The notes beneath the pieces were generated by a model that saw nothing but the letters and a program-made list of their open reading frames with translations, was not told the origin of the DNA and did not search any database. Made by a program: the position numbers and the translations under genes. Source: Betaproteobacteria bacterium Ga0077526 (lineage in GTDB: Bacteria > Pseudomonadota > Gammaproteobacteria > Burkholderiales > Ga0077523). Taken from it: a stretch of 64,000 bases of DNA. Below are positions 29,857 through 39,805 of this stretch, piece after piece. Numbering within the stretch: position 1 is the first letter of the stretch; every line of letters starts with the position of its first letter. Location of the stretch: contig LNDV01000025.1 in assembly GCA_001464765.1 (NCBI GenBank), positions 247,679 through 311,678 of the forward strand, given 5' to 3'.

Positions 29857-30000
29857 ATGACCAAGACGGAACTCAAGGAACAGAACGACGCCCTGCGCAA
29901 TCTCCTGATGGAGATCCGCGACATGATCGACTCCGAACTCGAAGCCATGGACGACTACGACGAGGACGAAGAAGAGGAAGAGGAAGACGAGGAAGATTGA
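29857..30000 (+). CDS. Small acidic protein with a poly-Glu/Asp tail (47 aa), hypothetical
   Basis: GGGAG about 10 nt upstream of the ATG. Sequence MTKTELKEQNDALRNLLMEIRDMIDSELEAMDDYDEDEEEEEEDEED. It could be a spurious frame of the upstream ORF tail. Confidence 0.35.
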   Translation: MTKTELKEQNDALRNLLMEIRDMIDSELEAMDDYDEDEEEEEEDEED

Positions 30001-30071
30001 ACGATTGCCGCGCATCACGAGAGGGTTGACCGGCCTTCCCCCCCTTCTGTATAGTGCGCGGCTTTCCAAGT

Positions 30072-30147
<76 letters not shown>

Positions 30148-30169
30148 CTTAGTTTGACCGCAGTACCGG

Positions 30170-30245
30170 GTCCCCATCGTCTAGAGGCCTAGGACATCGC
30201 CCTTTCACGGCGGTAACCGGGGTTCGAATCCCCGTGGGGACGCCA
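30170..30245 (+). tRNA. tRNA-Glu (anticodon TTC)
   Basis: GTCCCCATCGTCTAGAGGCCTAGGACATCGCCCTTTCACGGCGGTAACCGGGGTTCGAATCCCCGTGGGGACGCCA, with anticodon loop CTTTCAC. Confidence 0.9.
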
Positions 30246-30249
30246 ACGA

Positions 30250-30280
30250 ACAAAGCCACCTTCCAGGTGGCTTTTTTCGT
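30250..30280 (+). terminator. Intrinsic terminator after the tRNA-Ala/tRNA-Glu pair
   Basis: AAAGCCACC-TTCCA-GGTGGCTTT stem-loop followed by TTTTT. The same hairpin recurs in every copy of the repeat module. Confidence 0.7.
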
Positions 30281-30285
30281 TGGTG

Positions 30286-30708
30286 CTCCCCGAGGGGATG
30301 CAGAACCCCGACAAGGGGTCGACCACGACGCACCGCGTCGTGGGACGCCGCACCAGCGGCGGTCCCGCGCCATCGGACGCGGGATGGACGGATCGCCACA
30401 AGGCGAGACGGATACACCAAAACGCACTGCGTTTTGGGACGCCGCTCCGGCGGCGGTCCTGCGCCGTCGGGCGCAGGATGGACGGATCGCCATAAGGCGA
30501 GACGGACACAATCCCCGTGGGGACGCCAAAACACGAAAGCCACCCATCGGGTGGCTTTCTTGTTTTGGTGTTCCCGCAGGGGATGCAGAACCCCGACAAG
30601 GGGTCGACCACGACGCACCGCGTCGTGGGACGCCGCCCCAGGCGGCGGTCCCGCGCCACCCGGACGCGGGATGGACGGATCGCCATGAGGCGAGACGGAC
30701 ACAAACCC
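30286..30708. repeat. Tandem array, locus 1, of ~150-nt structured repeat units (two full and one partial) with interspersed terminator-like hairpins
   Basis: The unit core GGGGATGCAGAACCCCGACAAGGGGTCGACCACGACGCACCGCGTCGTGGGACGCCGC...CGGACGCGGGATGGACGGATCGCCATAAGGCGAGACGGACACAATCCCCGTGGGGACGCCAA is repeated at 30286-30416 and 30571-30708, with a partial copy at 30437-30528. Each unit ends in a 19-nt mimic of the tRNA-Glu 3' end. Confidence 0.8.
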
Positions 30709-30744
30709 CCACAGTATTCCCACCAAATCAGTCACTTCGGCCTT

Positions 30745-31248
30745 TCATTTGCTTGGACGCATGGCCGTGTCTAGCTGATGTCTAAAATTCGGAGCGGTGT
30801 AAAGGTCCGAGGGCGCTGATCGCCCCCCGACACTGCGTGGATCGATCGCGAGTTCTGAGACATCTGCCGATGAAATGCGAGATTGCACACTGATGCGTTC
30901 GCATCCGCGCGGCGAGACGTTGCGAGCCCCCACACAGCGCTCACCACAATCCGTGTCGATTGCTGGCACGGTGACGGCGAACTCGTCGCTGCCACGACGC
31001 CAGCGCACCGGCAACCTCCCCATCAGTTCAGCATCGGGATCGCAACTGTTCGCGCGTGGATCCACGCGGATCTCCGCAAACTCCGCCAGCGTCTTCTCGC
31101 TCTTGAATGCAGCCAACGCTACCTTCGCCTTGAAGGCTGCCGTGCCTCCTTTTGGGCCTTCTCTCGTCAATGCTCCTTTTTCGGGCGACACCGTGGCCGA
31201 TGAGAGCAGAGACTTCAGTGATCCGCCAGTCCCGTTTCCTGGAACCAC
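30745..31248 (-). CDS. Hypothetical protein (doubtful)
   Basis: 167-codon ORF in a lower-GC stretch just inside the putative island. No domain and no clear SD. It may be non-coding. Confidence 0.2.
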   Translation of the reverse strand: MVPGNGTGGSLKSLLSSATVSPEKGALTREGPKGGTAAFKAKVALAAFKSEKTLAEFAEIRVDPRANSCDPDAELMGRLPVRWRRGSDEFAVTVPAIDTDCGERCVGARNVSPRGCERISVQSRISSADVSELAIDPRSVGGRSAPSDLYTAPNFRHQLDTAMRPSK

Positions 31249-31346
31249 CTCTGGAAAACCGCGTTCACTGGAGCCAAGCTATCGCATAACCGGTCCAGCT
31301 TCGTCCAGCGCGGGACCATGCGTTTCTGCTCGATGCTGTGCGCCTC

Positions 31347-32252
31347 TCACTGAACGAGTCCAACAGCTACCACCATCGAAGGCGCCTTCTCCAATACGCT
31401 TTGCGCGACCGACCCCAGCAACAAGCCCGTGACCGGGCCAAGCCCGCGTGTTCCCATCACGATGATGCCGTACGCGCCTTCCCTTGCAGTCTCGATAATG
31501 GCGATGTGAGCGTCATCGCCGACAACCACGTGCTCTGTGTATGCCACACCCGCTCGAGTGAGCGCACCGCGGGCTCCAGCCAGCGCTTCCTCCACACGCT
31601 TGCCTGACCAGACCTCGACTACCTTCTCGCGTGGACCAAGAATGGTACTTGCCAAGGTAAGCCCGGGCTCGACATGCACCAGTTGCACCTCGCCGTTGCA
31701 CAACAGCGCAAGGCGTGAGGCAAACGCCGCTGCGCGCATTGCGCTCTCCGAGCCATCGACCGCCAACAGCAATCGCGGCGGCAAAACGGGTGGGGGGTTA
31801 TCCGCAGCGCGCACTATGAGTACCGGAATGGTGGCTCTCCGGATTACTTTGGTCGATGTCGAGCCCAGAAGCGCGGCGCGGACGACCCCCAGACCGCGCC
31901 TTCCCATCACAATCGCATCGCAGGACAGTGCTTGCGCGCGCGTGACGATCGCGCTGGCGGCATCGTCTATCTGCTTTTCGATCTCGAACGGGATCGAACT
32001 TGAACGCATGACCGTCGCTGCTTGCCCGAGGATGTCAGCCGCACTGCGGTCGCGTTCGTCCAAAGCTACTCTGGCTGGTGCGAGTATGCCGACTTCACCG
32101 GACATGACGGGCTTTTGGACACTGAGGAGAGTACAGCGCAGGCGGCTCCCGTCAGCGCCAATCTGCGTGACCCAGCGCACTGCGGCTAGCGAATGCGCGG
32201 ACCCATCCACGGCAACGAGAAAGTGAAGCTCTTGGTTTCTTTCAGCGGTCAT
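31347..32252 (-). CDS. Universal stress protein, tandem UspA domains
   Basis: Two Usp domains (FLVAVDGSAHSLAAV..., LLLAVDGSESAMRAA...) with GxxGxG-like ATP motifs (MGRRGLG, MGTRGLG). Confidence 0.85.
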   Translation of the reverse strand: MTAERNQELHFLVAVDGSAHSLAAVRWVTQIGADGSRLRCTLLSVQKPVMSGEVGILAPARVALDERDRSAADILGQAATVMRSSSIPFEIEKQIDDAASAIVTRAQALSCDAIVMGRRGLGVVRAALLGSTSTKVIRRATIPVLIVRAADNPPPVLPPRLLLAVDGSESAMRAAAFASRLALLCNGEVQLVHVEPGLTLASTILGPREKVVEVWSGKRVEEALAGARGALTRAGVAYTEHVVVGDDAHIAIIETAREGAYGIIVMGTRGLGPVTGLLLGSVAQSVLEKAPSMVVAVGLVQ

Positions 32253-32313
32253 CTCTTTCCTCATGAGAAAGGCCGAACTACGGCATACCTTTCGATCCTT
32301 GCGGACGCTGGTC

Positions 32314-35046
32314 TCAGAGCGCACGCACCGTGCGCAGGCGCAAACGTAGCTGCTTCTCTACTTCAATGATGGCAAACAACGCGATGCCGACAAGTACGAT
32401 GAGCAGCCCGTCCAGCAATGGCACCGATTCGGTCCCCAATACCGCTTGCAGCGGTGGAAGGTAAGTGATCGAAAACTGGGCGACCGTGATGATGATGACC
32501 GTCAGCCACACCACCTTGGTACCACGCACTGCTCTCCAGGTAAGCGAGGTTGCATAGATGTTGCGAATGAAGAACAGATGGAAGATCTCCATGACGACAA
32601 GTGTGTTGAGGGCGATGGTGCGGGCAAGCTCGACCGAGTAGCCGCGGTCGATCGCGTAGGCGAAGATGCCGAATACGCCGCAAACGAACAGAACAGCCAC
32701 CAGCACGATGTGCCACACCAGCTCTCCGTTGAGCAGGGGTTCGTTGCGAGCGCGGGGCGGACGGCGCATCGTTCCGTCCTCCGTCGGCTCGAACGCCAAT
32801 GCAACGCCGAGCGTGACGGCGGTAATCAGGTTGATCCACAGGATCTGCACCGGCGTTACCGGCAACGTCATCCCCACGAGCAGCGCCGCGACAATGGTCA
32901 TGGCTTCGCCTGCGTTGGTGGGAAGCGTCCAGCTGATGACCTTCTTGATGTTGTCGTAGACCGTCCGCCCCTCCCGGACGGCCGCGACGATCGACGCGAA
33001 GTTGTCGTCCGCCAGCACGAGTTCCGCGGCCTCCTTAGCGGCCTCGGTGCCCTTCTTGCCCATCGCGATACCCGCATCCGCCCGTTTCAGCGCCGGCGCG
33101 TCGTTCACTCCGTCACCGGTCATGGCGACGCTGATGCCGTGTGACTGCAGCGCCATGACCAGGCGGAGCTTGTGCTCGGGGCTGGTGCGGGCGAAAACAT
33201 CGGTCTCCAGCACCGCGCCGGCAAGCCTCGGGTCGTTCATGGCGTCAAGATCGACGCCGGTGAGTACCTTCTCCGGATTCAGCAAACCGATTTGCCGAGC
33301 GATCGCCCTTGCAGTTCCCGCATGATCGCCAGTAATCATCTTCACGCGAATGCCCGCGCTATGGCATTCGCCCACTGCTGCAATCGCCTCCAAGCGCGGC
33401 GGGTCGATCAGTCCGACCAGCCCGAGCAGTGTCAACGTGCCTTCGACTTCCGCGTGGTCGAGAACCGTGCGCTCTGGCAACACGGGTAGTGACGCGAGCG
33501 CGAGCACGCGCTGACCTTGCGAAGCGATGCGGTCGGCGGATTCGTGCCAGAACCTCGCCTCCAGGGGCTGCACCCCACCCGAGGCCGATCGTTGCTCCTT
33601 GCACATGGAGACGATCCGCTCCGGCGCGCCCTTCACGAAGACGAACGCATGCTCTTCGCGGTCATGATTCAACGTGGCCATGAAACGATGCTTGGCATCG
33701 AAGGGGATGGCGTCGGTGCGGGTCCAGGTGATGCGCTCATCGCGCCAGTCGACGCCGGCCTTACCAGCCAATGCGAGGAGTGCACCTTCCATCGGGTCGC
33801 CCTCCACCGTCCAATCGCCTTCGTGCTCGCGCAGCGATGCGTCGCTGCACAAGGCAGCGACACGGCCCAGTTCGGCCAGCATCGGGTGTTCGATGGCTGC
33901 GATCGCGCGCCCCCCAAGGAAGATCTCACCTGCAGGTGCGTAGCCCGCGTCCGGAACCACATACACGCCAGCAACGGTTGCGACAGACGCCACGGCCATC
34001 TCGTTGCGTGTGAGCGTGCCGGTCTTGTCCGTACAGATCACCGACACCGAACCCAGCGTCTCGATGGCAGGAATTCGCCTGACGATGGCGTTGCGCCGGG
34101 CCATGGCGTGCACGCCGATGGCGAGGGTGATGGTCATAACGGCCGGCAGCCCTTCGGGTATCGCGGCCACGGACACTCCGACCACCACCATGAGCATGTC
34201 TGCGAAGGGGTAGTGGCGGACGAAGTAGCCGAAGGCGAGCAGGATCGCGGCGACTAACAGGATCACCAGGGTCAGCCAGCGGGCGAACACGTCCATCTGC
34301 TTCACCAGCGGCGTCGTCAGTGCCTCGACGGTCGAGAGCATCCCGCTGATGCGCCCAATCTCGGTCGCCGCCCCCGTGGCGACCACCACGCCTTTGCACT
34401 GGCCCGTGGTGACGAGCGTGCCGCTGAACGACATGCAGGTCCGGTCGCCCAGCGCCGCGCCCTTGGAAACCGGTTTGACGCCCTTCTCCACCGGTATCGA
34501 TTCGCCGGTGAGGATGGCCTCTTGAACGAATGCGCCGTGCGTCACGACAATCCGCACATCGGCGGGCACCTTGTCGCCGGCCTCGAGCAGCACGATGTCC
34601 CCGGGCACGAGCGCCTCACCGTCCACCGTCTGCCGTTCGCCGCCGCGCAGCACCGCGGCGCGAGGGGCAAGCATCCGGCGTATGGCTTCCATGGCCTTCT
34701 CTGCCTTGCCTTCCTGGACGAAGCCAATGACTGCGTTCGCGATCACCACCGCGAGGATCACCGCCGTGTCCGCCATGTGATCCAGCGCGAGCGTGATCAC
34801 GGCCGCCCCCAGCAGCAAGTAGATCAGAATGTTGTGAAACTGCAGCAGAAAGCGCATGAGTGCGCCTCGCCTTGGTCGCTCGGGGAGGCGATTGGGGCCG
34901 TAGGTCTGGAGCCGTGCCTGCGCCGCGTCTGTGCTCAAACCCGACGGAGTGGTACTCAGCTCGGCAAGCACTGATTCCACGGAACGGTCATGCCAGCTTG
35001 GCATGGTCGTCGTCGACGTGTCGTTCGGTACCGTCGACTCACGCAT
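32314..35046 (-). CDS. Cation-translocating P-type ATPase (type II, Ca2+/Mg2+-like), 910 aa
   Basis: DKTGTLT phosphorylation motif, TGES, MITGDH, GDGVNDAPALK, and 10 TM helices. Confidence 0.9.
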   Translation of the reverse strand: MRESTVPNDTSTTTMPSWHDRSVESVLAELSTTPSGLSTDAAQARLQTYGPNRLPERPRRGALMRFLLQFHNILIYLLLGAAVITLALDHMADTAVILAVVIANAVIGFVQEGKAEKAMEAIRRMLAPRAAVLRGGERQTVDGEALVPGDIVLLEAGDKVPADVRIVVTHGAFVQEAILTGESIPVEKGVKPVSKGAALGDRTCMSFSGTLVTTGQCKGVVVATGAATEIGRISGMLSTVEALTTPLVKQMDVFARWLTLVILLVAAILLAFGYFVRHYPFADMLMVVVGVSVAAIPEGLPAVMTITLAIGVHAMARRNAIVRRIPAIETLGSVSVICTDKTGTLTRNEMAVASVATVAGVYVVPDAGYAPAGEIFLGGRAIAAIEHPMLAELGRVAALCSDASLREHEGDWTVEGDPMEGALLALAGKAGVDWRDERITWTRTDAIPFDAKHRFMATLNHDREEHAFVFVKGAPERIVSMCKEQRSASGGVQPLEARFWHESADRIASQGQRVLALASLPVLPERTVLDHAEVEGTLTLLGLVGLIDPPRLEAIAAVGECHSAGIRVKMITGDHAGTARAIARQIGLLNPEKVLTGVDLDAMNDPRLAGAVLETDVFARTSPEHKLRLVMALQSHGISVAMTGDGVNDAPALKRADAGIAMGKKGTEAAKEAAELVLADDNFASIVAAVREGRTVYDNIKKVISWTLPTNAGEAMTIVAALLVGMTLPVTPVQILWINLITAVTLGVALAFEPTEDGTMRRPPRARNEPLLNGELVWHIVLVAVLFVCGVFGIFAYAIDRGYSVELARTIALNTLVVMEIFHLFFIRNIYATSLTWRAVRGTKVVWLTVIIITVAQFSITYLPPLQAVLGTESVPLLDGLLIVLVGIALFAIIEVEKQLRLRLRTVRAL

Positions 35047-35432
35047 CAGATCTTGACCTTTGAGATGCGATCGAACCGAAATTCAACAGACCCTGGCCGC
35101 AGCGCCTCACAGGACCTGTCCGCGGCCGACATCACGAAGCGCGTGCGCTGTCGTCCTCTCCCACCAACCGCGATCACGGTCAAGCCGGAGGCGCTCGGCG
35201 CTGACTCTTCGTGCCATGTCCGTCTGACCAGCCATGAAATGCGGACGTTGGTTCCAGGCGGCAACATGTTCGATGACAGGACTTGTCAGGTGAAGCAGAG
35301 GAGCGCTGCTACAGAGTAAGCCGTGCGCTTGGCGCCTAGATGCTCGGTAAGCACGATGACGGCACGTGCAGCCTTGACCGAGACGACGTGCGTTGATCGG
35401 CGTGAGCGGTTGCTGCGCATCCCCTGGTCGGC

Positions 35433-36302
35433 CTATTTGACCACCGTCACCGGTACGTCGGCGCTGTGGATCGTCTTGTAGGCGGTAGACCCGAGGACCA
35501 GCGCCGCCATCCCGCCGAGCCCTCGTGATCCCATGACGATATGCGCGAAGCCATGCGACTTCGCTGAAGCACCAATCAGGTTCGCCGGATCGCCGCAGTC
35601 GACGGCGATTGCATACGGAATGCCCGCCGCGTCGAGCCGGCGGCGGGCGATCTCGGAGAACTGCGCCGCGTGCTCCTGCTGGTGCTCCACAATCGCCTCC
35701 TGCGACAAACCTCGCGTCTGCCATTCCACGACCGGCTCCTGGACATTGAGAAGCTTCACCTGGGCACCGACGTGCCCTTTGGCGCGACCGATAACGTAGC
35801 CCAAGGCGCGATTCGCGTGCTCCGATCCATCGACCGGCACCAGCACGGGGGCGAACAGCGACGACCATACACTGGTGTCCTTGACCAACGTGACGGGTAG
35901 CTGAGAAAGGTGCACGACCTGCGTTGCGACGGAACCGAGCACGAGATTGCCGAGGGCGCCCATTCCTCGTGACCCCATCACGATTTCCGTGCAGGCCGAG
36001 TCCATCGCGTGACGAGTGATGGTCTCCCCGATATGGCCGCGCAAGAGGTGCGACTGGTAGCCAATTCCCGTTTGACCTAGGAGCGCGCAGAACGGTCGTA
36101 GCGTGTCTTCGCCGTAGGCACGCAGGGCTGTTTCGATCGTGTCATCCGAGAGGTGCGCACGAACCAAACCGGACTCGACTCGAGGCTGGACATTGAGAAC
36201 GTCGATCGTGGCCCCCGGGCAGCGTTTCGCAAGGTCGATCCCAAAGCGTAGCGCCTGCATAGCAGCATCCGATCCGTCCACGGGAACGAGTATCTTGTTC
36301 AT
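35433..36302 (-). CDS. Universal stress protein, tandem UspA domains
   Basis: MNKILVPVDGSDAAMQAL... and VLVPVDGSEHANRAL..., with MGSRGMG and MGSRGLG. Confidence 0.85.
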   Translation of the reverse strand: MNKILVPVDGSDAAMQALRFGIDLAKRCPGATIDVLNVQPRVESGLVRAHLSDDTIETALRAYGEDTLRPFCALLGQTGIGYQSHLLRGHIGETITRHAMDSACTEIVMGSRGMGALGNLVLGSVATQVVHLSQLPVTLVKDTSVWSSLFAPVLVPVDGSEHANRALGYVIGRAKGHVGAQVKLLNVQEPVVEWQTRGLSQEAIVEHQQEHAAQFSEIARRRLDAAGIPYAIAVDCGDPANLIGASAKSHGFAHIVMGSRGLGGMAALVLGSTAYKTIHSADVPVTVVK

Positions 36303-36895
36303 TCGTCTTGCTCCTACGCTATGTTGGTTCTCTTGGGACGATGTTGTGTCGCGCCGTGCGTCGGATCGGTAGTCTTCACTCCCCATTCGCGGCGCGGCAA
36401 CATCGTGTGCGTGCACGTCCAACCCAGACCGTAAGCCGTCGAGCACCTGCGCGGATGTCAGCACTCAGGGCTGTGCGCGATGCTCCCGGACGACGTCGAA
36501 CGCGGGGGCCACGCCGTACCGGCCAACATGTGCTGCCCCAGCTTCGCTGCGAAGCGAGTGAATGCGAGATTCCATGATGTTCCCTTTCCCGAGTGAGCCC
36601 GGAATGCGTCAACGCGGAAGATAAGCGTCGATGCGCTGCGGGAAAACCACCCTATTGGTGAACAACAGTTCTGGAAAACCGAACAGACGACCACAAGAAA
36701 TCACGCCTCACCCGAACCACGGATTCCGCTCAGTGAGCGTGGAAGGCTACTTTGACCTTCGTACGCCCTCGCCATGGAGGATCTTTGCTCGCACTCGCGT
36801 GGCGCGGGTTGACTTTAATCAACCCACCTTGCATACAGTGCACCAAAATGCCTGGACAACGGCCACGTGGGGCATCGAGACGAGAGGACAGCGGA

Positions 36896-38551
36896 TTGCA
36901 CGGCGTTTTCGGGGAGTTTGCACTGTTGCTGATGTTGGCTGCCTGCGCGGGTGCGGCGTCGCTTTGGCTGCGCCAGCCGCTGTTGATCGCCTATATCGTC
37001 ATTGGTATCGTCGCCGGTCCCGCGGTACTTGGGGTAGTCACCGCGCACGATCAGATTGACCTGCTCGCACAGGTTGGTGTGGCGGTGTTGCTTTTCGTCG
37101 TCGGCCTCAAGCTTGATCTGCAACATGTCCGCCATATCGGGCCCGTTGCTCTGGCCACCGGCTTGGGCCAGCTCACTTTCACCATTGTCATAGGGTTCAT
37201 GCTTATCCTGGCGATGGGGAAAGGCTGGTTAGAGGCGCTCTACGTCGCCATCGCGCTGACGTTCTCCAGCACCATCATCATCGTCAAGCTGCTTTCGGAC
37301 AAACGCGAAATCGACTCGCTGCACGGGCGGATCGCAGTCGGGTTCCTTATCGTCCAGGATCTTGCGGTCGTGATCGCGATGATGGTGATGAGTGCATTGC
37401 GTGGCGACGACGGAGAGAGCTCTTTGCTCGCCCTGGCGGGCTCGCTCGCGGCGCTGATCGGCGCCGCCGCCGTGGGCTTGTCTCTACTGATGCGCTACGT
37501 GCTGCCGAGGGTCGTCGATCGCATGGCGCAATCGCAGGAATTGCTGCTGGTCTTCGCCGTCGCGTGGGGCACGGGATTGGCGGCACTCGGCGATTGGGCC
37601 GGGTTCTCAAAGGAAGCCGGCGCGTTCCTAGCCGGCTTCTCGCTGGCTTCGACCCAGTATCGCGATGCCATCAACGCGCGCCTGACCGGTATCCGCGACT
37701 TCCTTCTGTTGTTCTTTTTCATCGATCTCGGTGCCAAGCTTGAGTTCTCCACACTCGGCGGCGAGATCTGGCCCGCGGTGGTGCTGTCGCTTTTCGTATT
37801 GATCGGCAATCCGCTGATCGTGATGGTCATCATGGGGTATATGGGCTATCGCAAGCGCACCGGCTTTCTTTGCGGGCTGACGGTGGCGCAGATCAGCGAG
37901 TTTTCGATCATCTTCGTCGCCATGGGCATCGCACTCGGCCACATCGGCACTGCGGCGCTGGGGCTGACCACGCTGGTTGGTCTGGCGACCATTGCGCTGT
38001 CGACTTACATGATTCTTTACTCCCACCCGCTCTACGAAAGACTGGCGCCTTGGCTTGGCGTCTTCGAGCGCAAGCGTCCCCACCGCGAACTGGCAGTGGC
38101 GACGGAGCGCAACGACCTGCGTGAGGCCGACGTGATCGTATTCGGTCTCGGACGTTATGGCAGCCACTTGGCGCTCGGCCTGCGCAAGGCCGATCTGAGG
38201 GTACTCGGGGTCGATTTCGATCCCGAGGTGGCAAGCGCGCTGAGGCGCCGGGGTCTTCCAGTGCGTTACGGGGACTGCACGGCCGGCGAGTTCCTTGAGA
38301 GCCTGCCACTCAAGGACACGCGCTGGGTGGTCAGTACTCTGCCGGACATGGCCTCGAACCGCGATCTATTGCGCGGCCTGCGGGAGTTGAATTTTTCCGG
38401 TGACGTGGCGGTCGTTGCACGCGAGGAAACCGTTGACATTGGACTGAAGAAGCTCGGCGCCTCGATTGTTCTCTACCCCATGCGCGATGCCGTCGATTAT
38501 GCAGTCGATACGTTGGCCCAGGTTCTCCGTCCCCCGGAGGGTAGACAATGA
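36896..38551 (+). CDS. CPA2-family monovalent cation:proton antiporter with a C-terminal TrkA-N (KTN) domain
   Basis: TTG start with GAGAGGA SD. Na_H_Exchanger-type TM core (LLIAYIVIGIVAGPAVLG), then a Rossmann-type VIVFGLGRYG domain. Confidence 0.8.
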   Translation: MHGVFGEFALLLMLAACAGAASLWLRQPLLIAYIVIGIVAGPAVLGVVTAHDQIDLLAQVGVAVLLFVVGLKLDLQHVRHIGPVALATGLGQLTFTIVIGFMLILAMGKGWLEALYVAIALTFSSTIIIVKLLSDKREIDSLHGRIAVGFLIVQDLAVVIAMMVMSALRGDDGESSLLALAGSLAALIGAAAVGLSLLMRYVLPRVVDRMAQSQELLLVFAVAWGTGLAALGDWAGFSKEAGAFLAGFSLASTQYRDAINARLTGIRDFLLLFFFIDLGAKLEFSTLGGEIWPAVVLSLFVLIGNPLIVMVIMGYMGYRKRTGFLCGLTVAQISEFSIIFVAMGIALGHIGTAALGLTTLVGLATIALSTYMILYSHPLYERLAPWLGVFERKRPHRELAVATERNDLREADVIVFGLGRYGSHLALGLRKADLRVLGVDFDPEVASALRRRGLPVRYGDCTAGEFLESLPLKDTRWVVSTLPDMASNRDLLRGLRELNFSGDVAVVAREETVDIGLKKLGASIVLYPMRDAVDYAVDTLAQVLRPPEGRQ

Positions 38552-39465
38552 GTACGCTTGAATGCATTCTAGTTGCAATGGATCTCTCGGCGCCTGCGCG
38601 ACATGCGGCGGAGCGTGCCTTTCGCGTCGCCGCGCGCACCGGCTTTGAACTTCACATTCTTCACGTACAGGAGCTCGACGCTCTCGATTCGCTGCGCGAC
38701 CTGCTCGGTGCGTACTTGCCGACAGCCAAGGAGGCTGTCGCAGAGGAAGCACGCGAACGACTGAGGCAATTGGCCGCCGACCCGGCTCGCCACCGTGGCG
38801 TCGCCGCGAAGACGCGGGTCGTCTCAGGCGTACCGCTCCCGGTTATTGCCAGCGAGGCTGACGCACTGGATGCCCGCCTCCTCGTGCTCGGTGCGCGTGG
38901 CGAGTCCTTTTTGCAACATGCGATGCTTGGTTCAACAGCATCGCGCTTGCTGCGCAAGTCGGTGCGGTGGCCGGTACTAGTGGTCAAGCAACCGCCTCGC
39001 GAGGATTACAGCAACGTTCTTGTCGCGGTGGATTTCTCGCCGGCCTCTCAGCTTGCGATCCGTGAGGCGAGGCGATGGGCCCCTGGGGCTGATCTTGTTC
39101 TGCTGCATGCCTTTGAGTTGCCTTACGAGGGCAAGCTGGCCTTTGCCGGCGTCGACGAGCAGGTCGTTCGACAATACATCACTGCCGGCATCGAGGCTCG
39201 GCGCATTCGACTGCATGAGGTGGCGGCCAACGCAGGTCTTAGATCGGGCGACTATTTGGTGCGGGTGATCCATGGCGACGCGCCTCGGCAGATCATCGCC
39301 ATGGAGCAGGAGTACGATGTCGATTTGATCGTCATGGGCAAGCACGGGACGCACATCGTTGAGGAGTTGTTCCTCGGTAGTGTCACCAAGCATGTACTGG
39401 CCGATGCTCAAGGCGACGTGCTGGTGGTCGCCGACCCGCGTCCTGGAGTGGGCGGACTGCCTTGA
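38548..39465 (+). CDS. Universal stress protein, tandem UspA domains
   Basis: ATGA overlap with the antiporter gene. ILVAMDLSAPARHAAE... and VLVAVDFSPASQLA... Confidence 0.85.
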   Translation: MSTLECILVAMDLSAPARHAAERAFRVAARTGFELHILHVQELDALDSLRDLLGAYLPTAKEAVAEEARERLRQLAADPARHRGVAAKTRVVSGVPLPVIASEADALDARLLVLGARGESFLQHAMLGSTASRLLRKSVRWPVLVVKQPPREDYSNVLVAVDFSPASQLAIREARRWAPGADLVLLHAFELPYEGKLAFAGVDEQVVRQYITAGIEARRIRLHEVAANAGLRSGDYLVRVIHGDAPRQIIAMEQEYDVDLIVMGKHGTHIVEELFLGSVTKHVLADAQGDVLVVADPRPGVGGLP

Positions 39466-39805
39466 GCACACTGATACTCGTGGGCGTCGGCGGCTTGTCC
39501 TTTTCGGCATGCGCTCATGACTGACGGTCTCAATCGCTGATCGTGGCGCGTCACCGCGTACAGCCCGTCGAAGGACCGGCGCATGTCCACTTGCCAACCG
39601 CACAGACGCACTCGTACCTGACCCTCGGGGAAGAACGTCAGCGTCACACCAGGTGCAGGCTCAGACCGCCGCCGAGGTCCAGGTGCAGTTCCCTCGCCGC
39701 GGCTGGCGTGAACACTCCCGAGGACATCGTACCCAGATCGACGAACGCCGCCTCGGCTTTGGGCGCCACGACGAGATCGGCCGCGCCCAAGCGGCAGCGC
39801 CACTA

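Noticed and set aside
30286-30708. Possibility that the repeat arrays are CRISPR
   Set aside because: The units are ~150 nt plus a ~40-nt hairpin with no short direct-repeat/unique-spacer alternation, and there are no cas genes in the window.
30149-30785. Multiple overlapping ORFs on both strands inside the repeat loci (30149..30785, 43812..44206, 48487..49124)
   Set aside because: They are generated by the structured repeat units. The same peptides recur in mutually antisense frames (for example ...GCRTPTRGRPRRTASWDAAP...), and each runs across tRNA and terminator sequences.
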